Counted from the stretch's first letter, positions 1 through 9,341 are shown. The stretch is DNA of 64,000 nt from Candidatus Limnocylindrales bacterium (GCA_038204565.1 JBBRCU010000014.1:3541-67540), one strand, 5' to 3'. The notes: a model not told the origin generated them from the letters alone. Made by a program: numbers and translations.

Positions 1-1179
1 GTCCATCGGGGCGACATCGCGGAAGATCGTCGGCGCGAAGAAATGGCCGTGGGCGAGGTCGCCATCCGTGGCGACGGCGCCGCCCAGTACGAGCTCGCCC
101 TCGCGTCGCCCGATCCCGACATAGCGCCCGACCTTGTCCACGGCCCCGGCGTTGATGAGCGGGCCGACGTCGACGGTGTCGTCGAGGCCGGACCCGAGGC
201 GGAGGCGGCGGGCGCGAGCCTCGAGGCGCTCGAGGAGCGGCTCGACCACCGCCCGATCGACGACGACGCGGCTGGCCGCTGTGCAGCGCTGGCCGGTCGT
301 GCCGAACGCCGACCAGAGGATCCCGTCGGTCGCGAGGTCGAGGTCGGCGTCGGCCATGACGACGATCGCGTTCTTGCCGCCGAGCTCCAGGCTGAGCCGC
401 TTCAGTTGACGGCCGGCGCGCACGGCGATGTGCTTGCCGGTCACAGACGAGCCCGTGAACGAGATGACCGAGACGTCGGGGTTGTCGACGATCGCGTCGC
501 CGACCTCCGCGCCGCCGCCGGTGACGAGGTTGACCGTTCCAGCCGGGAAGCCCGCCTCGGCCATCAGCTCGACGAGCAGCGTCGCGCAGTGGGGTGTATC
601 GCTCGACGGCTTGAAGACGACGGTGTTGCCGGCGACGAGGGCCGGCATCATCTTCCAGCACGGGATCGCCATCGGGAAGTTCCAGGGGGTGATGATCCCG
701 GCGATCCCGATTGGCTGGCGGATGCTCATCGCCCACTTGTCCGGCAGCTCGGACGGGGTCGTGTCGCCGAACATCCGGCGGCCCTCGCCGGCCATCAGGA
801 AGGCGATGTCGATCCCCTCCTGGACGTCACCCCGGGCCTCCGCGAGGACCTTGCCCATCTCGCGGGTCATCGCCCGGGACAGGCGCTCCTTGTGTTCGGC
901 CATGAGCGCCGCGAAGGCATACATGATCTCGCCGCGCTTGGGGGCCGGCGTCCGCCGCCACAGCCCGCCGGCCACATCGGCGGCCCGGACGGCCATCGCC
1001 ACGTCCGCCGCCGTCCCGTGCTGGAAGCGGCCGATCACGTCGCGGCCGTCGGCTGGGTTGACGCTCTCGAACGTGGCGCCGGAGGTCGAATCGCACCACT
1101 CGCCGGCGATGAAGTGGCGGAAGGTCGGCGGCTCGGCGGCCAGGTCGGCGGCCGGGCCGGTAACGGCGGTCTCGGTCAT
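1..1179 (-). CDS. Aldehyde dehydrogenase family protein (partial; C-terminus lies beyond the left window edge)
   Basis: Absent from the ORF track because it runs off the edge. Reverse translation from the ATG at 1179 gives [28 protein letters not shown]... It carries ALDH hallmarks ITPWNFP, VFKPS, ELGGKN (catalytic Glu) and [10 protein letters not shown] (catalytic Cys). The + strand ORF 43..1215 is its antisense shadow. Confidence 0.9.
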   Translation of the reverse strand, partial: MTETAVTGPAADLAAEPPTFRHFIAGEWCDSTSGATFESVNPADGRDVIGRFQHGTAADVAMAVRAADVAGGLWRRTPAPKRGEIMYAFAALMAEHKERLSRAMTREMGKVLAEARGDVQEGIDIAFLMAGEGRRMFGDTTPSELPDKWAMSIRQPIGIAGIITPWNFPMAIPCWKMMPALVAGNTVVFKPSSDTPHCATLLVELMAEAGFPAGTVNLVTGGGAEVGDAIVDNPDVSVISFTGSSVTGKHIAVRAGRQLKRLSLELGGKNAIVVMADADLDLATDGILWSAFGTTGQRCTAASRVVVDRAVVEPLLERLEARARRLRLGSGLDDTVDVGPLINAGAVDKVGRYVGIGRREGELVLGGAVATDGDLAHGHFFAPTIFRDVAPMD

Positions 1180-1271
1180 GGCCGCCAATCTACTCGTCAA
1201 ATCCGTGCGGCGTGAGGGTCGGCCGTCATCCTGACGACGTGCTGGATCGGCGAACCGGACCGGGTGCGGTC

Positions 1272-1313
1272 GAGCGATCCGGGTTTGTTCGAGAGCGATC
1301 CGGGTTTGTTCGA
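1272..1313. repeat. Perfect tandem duplication of a 21-nt unit (gagcgatccgggtttgttcga x2)
   Basis: The 19-nt core gagcgatccgggtttgttc occurs at 1272-1290 and again at 1293-1311. It is intergenic, between the ACAD stop and the ALDH start. Confidence 0.85.
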
Positions 1314-1327
1314 GCCTGACGCGTGAA

Positions 1328-1357
1328 GCGGGCGGCGACACTCCGTCGCCGGCCCGC
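1328..1357 (-). terminator. GC-rich hairpin 3 nt downstream of the ACAD stop (putative intrinsic terminator without a clear U-tract)
   Basis: gcgggcggcgac (1328-1339) pairs with gtcgccggcccgc (1345-1357), with one bulge. The loop is actcc. Confidence 0.5.
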
Positions 1358-1360
1358 CAC

Positions 1361-2512
1361 TCAGCCCAGCAGATCGTCCGCGACGATCAGGCGGTGGATC
1401 TGGTTCGTGCCCTCGTAGATCTGGGCGCCCTTCGCGTCGCGCATCAGGCGCTCGATCCCGGTCTCGCGCGAGTAGCCGCTCGCGCCGAACAGCTGGACGG
1501 CGTCGGTCGCCACCTTCATCGCCGTGTCCGACGCCGTCCACTTCGCCAGTGACGACGCCACTCCGATCGGCTCGCCGCGGTCCTTGGCGGCGGCGGCCTG
1601 CCGGGTCAGGGCCCGAGCCGCCTCGATGTCCCGGGCCATCTCCGCCAGCGTGAACCGGAGCCCCTGCTGCTCCGACAGTAGCGCCCCGAACGCCTTGCGC
1701 TGACCGAGATAGGCCGCCGCCTGCTCCAGGGCCGAGCGGGCCAACCCGACGCATGCCGCGGCGATCGAGATCCGCCCCTCCGCCAGCGCCGACAGGGCGA
1801 TCTTGTAGCCCTCCCCCTCCGCCCCGAGGCGGTTCGCGACGGGCACGAAGCACGACTCGAACACCAGTTCCGCTGCGGGGCACGCCCGGATCCCCATCTT
1901 CTTCTCGTGGGCGCCAAAGGTGAAGCCGGCCATCCCCTTCTCGACGAGGAACGCGCCGATCCCGTGCGAGCCGGCCGCAGGGTCGACGACGGCGAAGACC
2001 AGGTAGCGGTCCGCCTCCGGCGCATTCGTGATCCAGATCTTCGTCCCGGTGAGGCGGTAGCCCTCGGGCCCATCTGCTGGTCCCACTCGCTCTGCGCGCA
2101 TCCGGATCGCGGCCGCATCGGATCCCGCGTGCGGTTCCGTCAGCGCGAATGCGCCCAGAGCCTCGCCCGCGATCATCGGGCGGAGCCAGCGATCGTGCTG
2201 CTCCGGCGTCCCCCAGGTCACGACCGGGTACTGCGACAGGATGTGGACCGACAGGGTCACCGCGGACGCCATGTCGGCCGCGCCGAGCTCCTCCATGACG
2301 AGCGACCAGCCGAGATAGCTGAAGCCCGACCCGCCGACGACCTCGGGCAGGGGCGCTCCCGTCAGCCCGAGCTGGCCCATGCCCGCGAAGATCGACCGGT
2401 CGAAACGCTCCGCCTCGTCGCGCTCGATCGCGCTCGGCGCGACGGACCGCCGGGCGAACTCGCGGGCAGTGTCGCGCAGGAGGCGCTCCTCGTCGGTGAG
2501 CGGCCAGGTCAG
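1361..2512 (-). CDS. Acyl-CoA dehydrogenase (short/branched-chain type)
   Basis: The track ORF 1361..2380 shows typical ACAD sequence (FALTEPHAGSDAA, KIWITN, YEGTNQIHRLIVADDLL). The conserved N-terminal helix region LTWPLTDEERLLRDTAREFARRSV continues in frame upstream of the first ATG. Only a CTG at 2512 (AAGGAG 6 nt upstream) can start it before the in-frame stop at 2549-2551. Confidence 0.85.
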   Translation of the reverse strand: MTWPLTDEERLLRDTAREFARRSVAPSAIERDEAERFDRSIFAGMGQLGLTGAPLPEVVGGSGFSYLGWSLVMEELGAADMASAVTLSVHILSQYPVVTWGTPEQHDRWLRPMIAGEALGAFALTEPHAGSDAAAIRMRAERVGPADGPEGYRLTGTKIWITNAPEADRYLVFAVVDPAAGSHGIGAFLVEKGMAGFTFGAHEKKMGIRACPAAELVFESCFVPVANRLGAEGEGYKIALSALAEGRISIAAACVGLARSALEQAAAYLGQRKAFGALLSEQQGLRFTLAEMARDIEAARALTRQAAAAKDRGEPIGVASSLAKWTASDTAMKVATDAVQLFGASGYSRETGIERLMRDAKGAQIYEGTNQIHRLIVADDLLG

Positions 2513-2610
2513 GGCAGACTCCTTCCGGCTTGTCGGGTCGTCGGGCCGTCATCAGCTCCGCAGCTTCCGATCGGGATTCGCCCGAGGATGGTCGTGGGTA
2601 GGATAGCCGG

Positions 2611-5600
2611 GTGACTGCCGGCGAGGACGACGTTGACCAGGTTCGGGCCGGCGCGCCTGCGGACCGCGGCGCGGTCGGCGGATCGTTCCAGGACGAGGTC
2701 ATCAACCAGTCGATCGACGCGATCATCGTCATCGACGATGACCTCATTGTCCGTCTCTGGAGTCCGGGCGCGGAACGGGTCTACGCGATCCCGGCAGCGG
2801 TCGCAATCGGCCGCCCGATCGGCGACATCCTCGTCGCTCACGAGCTCGATGGAACGCTCCTCGACGGGGTCGCGTCCCGCCTGTCGCTCGAAAAGAACGA
2901 GCCGTTCCGGCAGCGGCTGATCCATCGCCCCCGGATCGGCGGCCGCTCCGGGAGCGACATCGTGATCGATTCCGTCGTCACGGTCCTGCGGGGCCAGGAC
3001 GGCTCGGTGACCGGCCTGCTCGGGATCAATCGTGATGTCACCGAGACCACCCAGCTCGAGGCCGAGATCGCCGCGCTCGCCGCGCTCAGCGTCCTCACCG
3101 ACGGCGATCGAAGCCAGACCGCGGTGGCCTCGGCTGCCCTGGAGATCCTCTGCCGGGCGATTGGCGCCGACGCGGGGCTGATCACCTCGACTGAGGCGGG
3201 TTACGAAGCCCTGGCGTCGATCGGGCTCACCCAGCGCACGATCGATGTGATCCTCGCCTACGGCCAGCTTGGCGGGCCGCTTGCGACGGCCCTCGAGCCA
3301 CCCAACGCCTTCATCAGTGCCGACCTCGCCACGGCGCCGTTGCGCGAGGACGTGCGCGAGGCCGTCCTGGCCGACGGGATCCGCCACCTGGTCGTCGTCG
3401 AGATGCGCCCGTCCGCGACCGCCGGCGGCCGGCTCACGGGCCTCCTCGCGCTCGGCTGGAGATCCGATCATCCGGTCGAACCCAGTCGGGCGATCCTCGT
3501 CCAGGCTGCGGCGCTCGTCGGGTCATCCATCGAGAATGCGCGCCTGCTCGGCGCCGTCGAGAGGGGCCTCACGGAGGAACGCCGATTGACGCGGCGAATG
3601 CGCGCCCTGGTCGAGCTGACCCGGCTGCCGGTCTCCATCCAGCCTGACCAGCCCCGCGAAGGCGCCGGCTGGATCACCCAACTCATGTCCGAGCTCGGCG
3701 CGATCCTCGGCGCGCGGGCCGCCACGTATGCTCGCGTCATCGGCGACAACCTGGTCCTTGAGGCGGTCAACGGCATGCCCTGGGACGCGGGCGCGCGCCT
3801 GATGAGCCGACCGGTGTCGCAGTTTCCGTTGTTCGCAGAACCAAGCGGTCATCAATCGGCTGTGTTGCTGCCCGTGGGCTCACCCTGGTTGAGCGACACA
3901 GCCCGCGACGTGGCCGAGCAGCAGGGTTTCCAGTCCGGAGCGATCCTGCCGATCCACGACGCAGGCCGGCTCGATGCCGTGATCATGTGCGCATTCGGCG
4001 AGGAACTCGGCCGGATCGAGATCGACGACCGAACGCTCGAAGCGATCGGGCGCGTCCTCGACATCTCATTCGCCAACCGTCGCTTCCGTGAGGTCATCGA
4101 GGCGAACGAGCGGCGCTATCGCGAGCTGTTCGACCTCACCCCGGAAGCGCTCCTCGTCCAGACGATGGACGAGGAGATCGTCGATGCCAACCGGGCCGCC
4201 TTCGAACTCTATGGTCCCGGCATCGTCGGGCGCCATGTGTCGGACCTCTCGGCGAGTGAGCCAGTCCGGATCGATCCCGCGTTCGACCGCGATGACGTCA
4301 TCCGCGGAACCGGGATCGGTCGGCGCGAGGATGGCTCGACCTTCCCCGAGGAGTTCGAGTTGCGCGTGACCGACATCGGCGGCGAGCGGCGGACACTGGC
4401 GATCGTCCGCGACCTGACCGAGCGCAGCCGCCTCCAGGCCGAGCTCGCCCAGGCCCAGAAGATGGATGCGATCGGCATGCTCGTGGCCGGCGTTGCCCAC
4501 GAGCTCAACAACCCGCTCGCCGCGATCGTCGGGTTCAGCCATCTCCTGCGCACGGACCCGAGCCTCCCGACCGACCTCCGCGGACAGGCCGACCTCCTCG
4601 TCCAGGAGGCGAACCGGACGCGGGTCATCGTTCAGAACCTCCTCGACTTCGCCCGGCTTCGGCCGCCGGAGCGAGTCGAGATGGACCTTCAGCCGCTCAT
4701 CGACAGCGTCCTCGGACTGCAGTCCTACGTTCTCGCCCAGAACCGCCTCACGGTCGACGTCGATCTCCCGCCGGATCTCCCCCGGGTGTCGGTCGATCGG
4801 TCCCAGATGCAGCAGGTCCTGATCAATCTGACCGTCAATGCGAGCCAGGCGATCACCGACTCCGGGCGGCCGGGCACGATCCGGATCTCCGGGCGGGCCG
4901 ACACCGCCCCATCAGGGCCGATCGTCCGGATCGAGATCGCCGACGACGGTCCAGGCGTGCCGCCAGAAATCCTGGACCGCCTGTTCTTGCCGTTCGTGAC
5001 GACGAAGGCGCCCGGGAAAGGCACCGGCCTCGGGCTGTCCGTCTCGTTCGGCATCATCAAGAGCCACGGCGGGACCCTCCGCCATCGACCGAGCCCCGGC
5101 GGCGGTGCGACGTTCCTGATCGAGCTCCCGGCGGCGACCGGTTCCCCGATCGAGGCCGGCAGCCCGGCCGGCACGGATCGGCGGTCACCGCCGCCGCGGT
5201 CCTCGCCGGACGATCGGAATCCGGTGGTCGAGGAGGCCGATCCGCCGACCGTCCCTCTCGCTGCGGGGGCCGATCCGGCGCCGCCGGCGCTCGCCCTGCG
5301 CGTCCTCGTCCTCGGCGACGAGCCGTCGATCCGCGAGTTCCTCGGACGCGTCCTGGAGCGGGAGGGCTACGAGCCGATCCTTGCCGATACGGGTCCTGCC
5401 GCCCTCGACATCCTCCGGCGGGACATGCCCGACGCGATCCTGTGCGATCACCGAATGGCCGGCATGAGCGGCACCGAGTTCCTCGCCGCGATCGTCGCCA
5501 TCGAGTCGAAGCTCGCCCGGCGGTTCGCGTTCATGAGCGGCGACGTCCTGAATCCGGAGCTCCGCGACTTTGCCTCGGAGCATGGGGTCCAGCTCCTCGC

Positions 5601-5667
5601 CAAACCCTTCGACATCGCCGTGCTCACGGCCGTGGTGACCTCGCTCGTGGCGGGCGGGCGCGCCTGA
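2611..5667 (+). CDS. Hybrid sensor histidine kinase (PAS-GAF-PAS-HisKA-HATPase-receiver)
   Basis: The 1018-aa ORF has an H-box (VAHELNNPLAAIVGF). It has N/G boxes (NLTVNASQA, DDGPGV, GKGTGLGLS). The C-terminal receiver reads RVLVLGDEPSIREFL...ILCDHRMAGMSG...KPF. Confidence 0.9.
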   Translation: MTAGEDDVDQVRAGAPADRGAVGGSFQDEVINQSIDAIIVIDDDLIVRLWSPGAERVYAIPAAVAIGRPIGDILVAHELDGTLLDGVASRLSLEKNEPFRQRLIHRPRIGGRSGSDIVIDSVVTVLRGQDGSVTGLLGINRDVTETTQLEAEIAALAALSVLTDGDRSQTAVASAALEILCRAIGADAGLITSTEAGYEALASIGLTQRTIDVILAYGQLGGPLATALEPPNAFISADLATAPLREDVREAVLADGIRHLVVVEMRPSATAGGRLTGLLALGWRSDHPVEPSRAILVQAAALVGSSIENARLLGAVERGLTEERRLTRRMRALVELTRLPVSIQPDQPREGAGWITQLMSELGAILGARAATYARVIGDNLVLEAVNGMPWDAGARLMSRPVSQFPLFAEPSGHQSAVLLPVGSPWLSDTARDVAEQQGFQSGAILPIHDAGRLDAVIMCAFGEELGRIEIDDRTLEAIGRVLDISFANRRFREVIEANERRYRELFDLTPEALLVQTMDEEIVDANRAAFELYGPGIVGRHVSDLSASEPVRIDPAFDRDDVIRGTGIGRREDGSTFPEEFELRVTDIGGERRTLAIVRDLTERSRLQAELAQAQKMDAIGMLVAGVAHELNNPLAAIVGFSHLLRTDPSLPTDLRGQADLLVQEANRTRVIVQNLLDFARLRPPERVEMDLQPLIDSVLGLQSYVLAQNRLTVDVDLPPDLPRVSVDRSQMQQVLINLTVNASQAITDSGRPGTIRISGRADTAPSGPIVRIEIADDGPGVPPEILDRLFLPFVTTKAPGKGTGLGLSVSFGIIKSHGGTLRHRPSPGGGATFLIELPAATGSPIEAGSPAGTDRRSPPPRSSPDDRNPVVEEADPPTVPLAAGADPAPPALALRVLVLGDEPSIREFLGRVLEREGYEPILADTGPAALDILRRDMPDAILCDHRMAGMSGTEFLAAIVAIESKLARRFAFMSGDVLNPELRDFASEHGVQLLAKPFDIAVLTAVVTSLVAGGRA

Positions 5668-5716
5668 CTGACGCCTGGACCTCGCCGAACCGTCGTCCGG
5701 GCAGGCCCGGGAATGC

Positions 5717-6580
5717 TCAGCCGCGCGGGTAGGAGTGAAAGCCGCGCCCGGTCTTCTGGCCGAGGTGACCCGCCTCGACCAGCTCGATCAGGATGGCCGG
5801 CGGCGCGAACTGCTCCTGGCCGAGCCCCTCGTGGAGAACCCCCATGATCCCAAGGCAGACGTCGAGGCCGATGAAGTCCGCGAGCTCGAGCGGGCCCATC
5901 GGATGATTCAGTCCGATCTTCGCGCCGGTGTCGATGTCGTCGGCCGTGCCGAGACCTTCCTCGCAGGCACGCATGGCCTCGGCGAGGAACGGCATGAGGA
6001 TCCGGTTCACGATGAAGCCGGGCCGATCGGCCGACACGATGACCCGCTTTCCCATCCGGGCCGCCAGAGCGCGAATCGCCGCCTCGGTCGGATCATCCGT
6101 TGCGGATCCCCGGATCAGCTCGATCAGCGGCATCACCGGCACCGGGCTGAAGAAGTGCATCCCGACGAACCGGGCCCGGCGCGACTCCCGGACGGCCGCG
6201 GCCAGCCGGTCGATCGCGATCGACGAGGTATTCGAGGCGAAGATCGCGTCCCCCGGCGCCCGACCGTCGAGGTCCGCCCAGAGCGCGGACTTGACAGCGA
6301 GATCCTCGAACACGGCTTCGATGACCAGACGCGTGCCGACCGCCGCGGCCAGATCGGCGGTGGGCTCGATCCGGGCCACGATCGCATCGCGCTCGGACGC
6401 CTCGAGCTTGCCCTTTGCAACGGCCCGATCGAGATTGCCGGCGACCCGGTCCCGGCCGGCGACGGCCCGGCCGAGATCCGGTTCGTAGAGCGCCACGCTC
6501 CATCCCGCGGCAGCCAGGACCTGGGCGATGCCGTGGCCCATGAGGCCGGCGCCGGCAACGAGCGCGCGTTCGTTCGTCAT
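5717..6580 (-). CDS. 3-hydroxybutyryl-CoA dehydrogenase (3-hydroxyacyl-CoA dehydrogenase family)
   Basis: From the internal ATG at 6580: MTNERALVAGAGLMGHGIAQVLAAAG (NAD Rossmann fold). Also FASNTSS, HFFSPVPVMPLIE, RPGFIVNRIL and LNHPMGPLELADFIGLD. The upstream 55 codons of the track ORF are P/R-rich and overlap the neighbouring gene. Confidence 0.9.
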   Translation of the reverse strand: MTNERALVAGAGLMGHGIAQVLAAAGWSVALYEPDLGRAVAGRDRVAGNLDRAVAKGKLEASERDAIVARIEPTADLAAAVGTRLVIEAVFEDLAVKSALWADLDGRAPGDAIFASNTSSIAIDRLAAAVRESRRARFVGMHFFSPVPVMPLIELIRGSATDDPTEAAIRALAARMGKRVIVSADRPGFIVNRILMPFLAEAMRACEEGLGTADDIDTGAKIGLNHPMGPLELADFIGLDVCLGIMGVLHEGLGQEQFAPPAILIELVEAGHLGQKTGRGFHSYPRG

Positions 6581-6638
6581 CGCCACTGAGCCTAACGCGC
6601 CGCGGACCCTGGCGCCCGGCAGCCGCCCGCCCTCAGGC

Positions 6639-7718
6639 TCAGCGTTCGCGCTGGCCCGCCGGGAGGTCGGGCGCGGGCGAAGGCCTGTGGCTGGCGGCCC
6701 AGCGGTCGCCCGCGAGACCCTCCAACAGGGCGTCGGCGGCGGCATAGGGATCGAGTCGATGGCCGGCCACGGCGGCGAGCGTCGCCTGGGTCGATTCCTC
6801 GAGCCCGGCGCCGTGGAGCCGGTCGCGCAGACGGTCCGCCACGATCGCCCAGACGAGGGCCTCGGCCCGGGCGAGGCGAGCGCTCCCGGTGGTCGGTGAG
6901 GCCGTCGCCGTCCGGTGTCGATCGAGCGCCTGGAGCAGCTCTGGGACCCCGGCGCCGGTCACCGCGGTGGTGACCAGCACCTCGGGCCGCTTCGGACGCG
7001 GGCGGTCGGCCGGGCCGGCGGGCACACCAGCCGCCGCGGGACCACTGCTCGCGACCAGCATGGCCCTGAGCTGGGCGGCGGTCCGCAGGGCACCGGGCTT
7101 GTCGCCCTTGTTGACGACGACCAGATCGGCGACCTCCAGCAGCCCCGCCTTGATCGCCTGGACCTCGTCGCCCATCTCCGGCGCCTCGAGGACGACGGTC
7201 GTATCGGCAGCCGCGGCGACCTCGACCTCGCTCTGGCCCGTTCCGACCGTCTCGACGAGGATCAGGTCGAACCCGGCAGCGTCGAGGACGGCGGTCGCGG
7301 CACCGGTCGTCGAGGCGAGACCGCCGGCGTGGCCGCGGGCCGCCATCGAGCGGATGAAGACGTCGTCGTCGCCGGCGTAGCTCTGCATTCGGACCCGATC
7401 GCCGAGGAGCGCGCCGCCGGTGATCGGCGAGGATGGATCGACCGCGACCACAGCGACCGGCCGGCCGGCCTTGCGGACCTCGCCGATCAGGGCCGCCACC
7501 AGGGTCGACTTGCCCGCGCCCGGTGGCCCGGTGATCCCGACCACGTGGGCCCGGCCCGCGAGCGGATAGAGCTCGCGGAGGGCGGGCTCGGCGACAGCGG
7601 TCCGGTTCTCGACGGCCGTCAGGAGCCGGGCGAGCGAGCGTCGGTCGCCGCCGCGGGCAGCGGCGACGAGCCGCGACGCACGCTCTGCCGGTGTCCCGAC
7701 ATCGGGCGTTCCCGCCAC
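6639..7718 (-). CDS. meaB: Methylmalonyl/isobutyryl-CoA mutase-associated GTPase (MeaB/ArgK family)
   Basis: Walker A GITGPPGAGKSTL is present, with DPSSPITGGALLGDRVRM and VVVNKGD (NKxD). The likely GTG start at 7718 lies 1 nt after the upstream gene stop (TGAcGTG). Confidence 0.85.
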   Translation of the reverse strand: MAGTPDVGTPAERASRLVAAARGGDRRSLARLLTAVENRTAVAEPALRELYPLAGRAHVVGITGPPGAGKSTLVAALIGEVRKAGRPVAVVAVDPSSPITGGALLGDRVRMQSYAGDDDVFIRSMAARGHAGGLASTTGAATAVLDAAGFDLILVETVGTGQSEVEVAAAADTTVVLEAPEMGDEVQAIKAGLLEVADLVVVNKGDKPGALRTAAQLRAMLVASSGPAAAGVPAGPADRPRPKRPEVLVTTAVTGAGVPELLQALDRHRTATASPTTGSARLARAEALVWAIVADRLRDRLHGAGLEESTQATLAAVAGHRLDPYAAADALLEGLAGDRWAASHRPSPAPDLPAGQRER

Positions 7719-7719
7719 G

Positions 7720-8124
7720 TCAGTCGCGCGGCCGGGCGTTCGTCCGCAGGAATTCGGCGACCTCGCTGATCGTGGTGCCCGGTCCGAAGACCCGGGCGAC
7801 CCCCGCCTCGGACAGGGCGGCGACATCGTCGTCGGGGATGATCCCGCCGGCCGTCACGAGGACGTCGTCGAGGCCCGCCTCCCGTAGCAGCTTCGTGATC
7901 CGCGGCAGGAGCGTCATGTGGGCACCGGACAGGATCGACAGGCCGACGACATCGACGTCCTCCTGGAGGGCAGCCGTCGCGATCATCTCGGGCGTCTGGC
8001 GAAGACCGGTGTAGACGACCTCGAACCCCTCGTCCCGCAACCCGCGGGCGAGGACCTTTGCGCCGCGGTCGTGGCCGTCGAGGCCGGGCTTGGCGATGAG
8101 CACCTTGATCGGTCGGTCGGTCAT
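7720..8124 (-). CDS. Acyl-CoA mutase small subunit, cobalamin-binding domain
   Basis: From the ATG at 8124: [38 protein letters not shown] (B12-binding DxHxxG motif), then SILSGAH and GGIIP. It is 134 aa. Confidence 0.9.
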   Translation of the reverse strand: MTDRPIKVLIAKPGLDGHDRGAKVLARGLRDEGFEVVYTGLRQTPEMIATAALQEDVDVVGLSILSGAHMTLLPRITKLLREAGLDDVLVTAGGIIPDDDVAALSEAGVARVFGPGTTISEVAEFLRTNARPRD

Positions 8125-8246
8125 GGGCGGATTGTGCCACGCCCACGGGCCTGGACCGACGGGTTGGCGAGGGCCGCCGGCCAGACACGGTGACGCCGAC
8201 GTCGGCGCCCCGCGGACGCCGGCGTCGAAGCCCGTCACGCCAGCCC

Positions 8247-8352
8247 GTCAACCAGACGCTGACTCAGATCGACGCTCAGCACGCTTGGACGGGTCTCAAT
8301 GGCGGCACGACCACCCGTGCTCCGACCCACCGTGAGTCAACGGATGAATGAC
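8247..8352. repeat. Copy A of a 106-nt structured intergenic repeat (unknown class; candidate ncRNA, cis-regulatory RNA or MITE-like element)
   Basis: An ungapped hand alignment to 17937..18042 gives 79/106 identities. The internal complementary blocks TGACTCA and TGAGTCA are conserved, as is the hairpin GCACG-N6-CGTGC. Confidence 0.7.
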
Positions 8353-8372
8353 AGACCTCGATCGGCCAGCGA

Positions 8373-8640
8373 TCAGCCAGTCCGGAGCCCGTCGCGCCCG
8401 GCGATCGCGATCGAGGCGCGGAGCCGGGCCGGATCGCCACGGGTCAGGACAAGCACCCCTTCAAGCACCCGCTCCCGCCCGACCGCCGGCTGGGTCGACT
8501 TCCAATCTCCGAGATCAACCCGCTCGAGGGCTTCGACGACCGCCGGCCCTAACTGCTCGTCGTCCGCCTGGCTTCGGGAAATCCCGGGCGATCCGTGCGG
8601 CCAGCCGCGGCGTGTTCGGGATCGGCGAGGCGAGCGGCAT
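8373..8640 (-). pseudogene. Small ORF downstream of folE interrupted by an apparent 1-nt insertion (hypothetical protein, about 88 aa if repaired)
   Basis: An ATG at 8640 lies 11 nt after the folE stop and gives MPLASPIPNTPRLAARIARDFPKPG in one frame. High-GC3 coding signal then continues in the +1 frame. That frame reads DDEQLGPAVVEALERVDLGDWKSTQPAVGRERVLEGVLVLTRGDPARLRASIAIAGRDGLRTG* to the TGA at 8373-8375. The span is 268 nt, which is 3n+1. Confidence 0.35.
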
Positions 8641-8651
8641 TCCGTGGCCCG

Positions 8652-9341
8652 CTACGCGCCGGGCGCGGCCCGGTCGAGATGGGCGAAGAACTCGGCGCGA
8701 GTGCGGTCGCGAGTCCGGAAGAGCCCGAGGACGGCCGACGTCGTCATGATCATCCCGGGCTTGCGGACCCCGCGCATCACCGCGCAGAGGTGGGTCGCCT
8801 CGATCACGACGCCGACGCCCTGCGGCTCGAGGCGCTCCTGGAGGAAGTCGGCAATCTGTTGGGTGAGCCGCTCCTGAACCTGGAGCCGGCGCGAGTACAT
8901 CTCGACCACGCGGGGGATCTTCGAGAGGCCGATCACCCGACCGCGCGGGATGTAGGCGACCGCGGCCCGGCCAAAGAACGGCAGGAGGTGGTGCTCGCAG
9001 AGGGAGTAGAACGGGACGTCCTTGACGACGACCATTTCGCTGTAGGCGACATCGAAGATCGCGCCGTTGATCAGCCGCTCCGGATCGACGTGGTAGCCGG
9101 CCGTCAGCTCCGTGTACATCCGGTGGACCCGCTCGGGCGTGCCCTGGAGGCCTTGGCGGTCGGGATCCTCGCCGATCTCGGTGATGATCTCGTGGACCGC
9201 GGCCTCGACCCTGCCGTTGCCGGCGTGCTTGCCCGCGCCCTCGATCAGCTGCCTGGCGCGGACCGGCTCCTCGCCGATCTCGGTTTCGATCTCGTCCACG
9301 ATCGCGCGAACATGGGGCGGCAGGTCAGCCTGGGTCGTCAT
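8652..9341 (-). CDS. folE: GTP cyclohydrolase I
   Basis: [41 protein letters not shown] and QVQERLT are present. The start is taken at the internal ATG ([11 protein letters not shown]). Confidence 0.9.
   Translation of the reverse strand: MTTQADLPPHVRAIVDEIETEIGEEPVRARQLIEGAGKHAGNGRVEAAVHEIITEIGEDPDRQGLQGTPERVHRMYTELTAGYHVDPERLINGAIFDVAYSEMVVVKDVPFYSLCEHHLLPFFGRAAVAYIPRGRVIGLSKIPRVVEMYSRRLQVQERLTQQIADFLQERLEPQGVGVVIEATHLCAVMRGVRKPGMIMTTSAVLGLFRTRDRTRAEFFAHLDRAAPGA

Noticed and set aside
43-1215. 390-aa + strand ORF (and the overlapping 428..1234 ORF)
   Set aside because: It is antisense to a clear aldehyde dehydrogenase on the minus strand. The translation is A/R/G/D-rich with no family motifs, a typical high-GC shadow ORF.
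1197-2747. 516-aa minus-strand ORF
   Set aside because: It is out of frame with, and fully overlaps, the genuine acyl-CoA dehydrogenase. The sequence is R/G/P-rich and low in complexity.
8124-8352. Cobalamin riboswitch upstream of the B12-binding mutase subunit (an attractive idea for repeat copy A)
   Set aside because: On either strand I found no B12 box (GCCACTG), no AGYCAGGAGACC-like element and no GGGAA/GGTG.AA.CC core. The second copy also precedes an unrelated lipoprotein gene.
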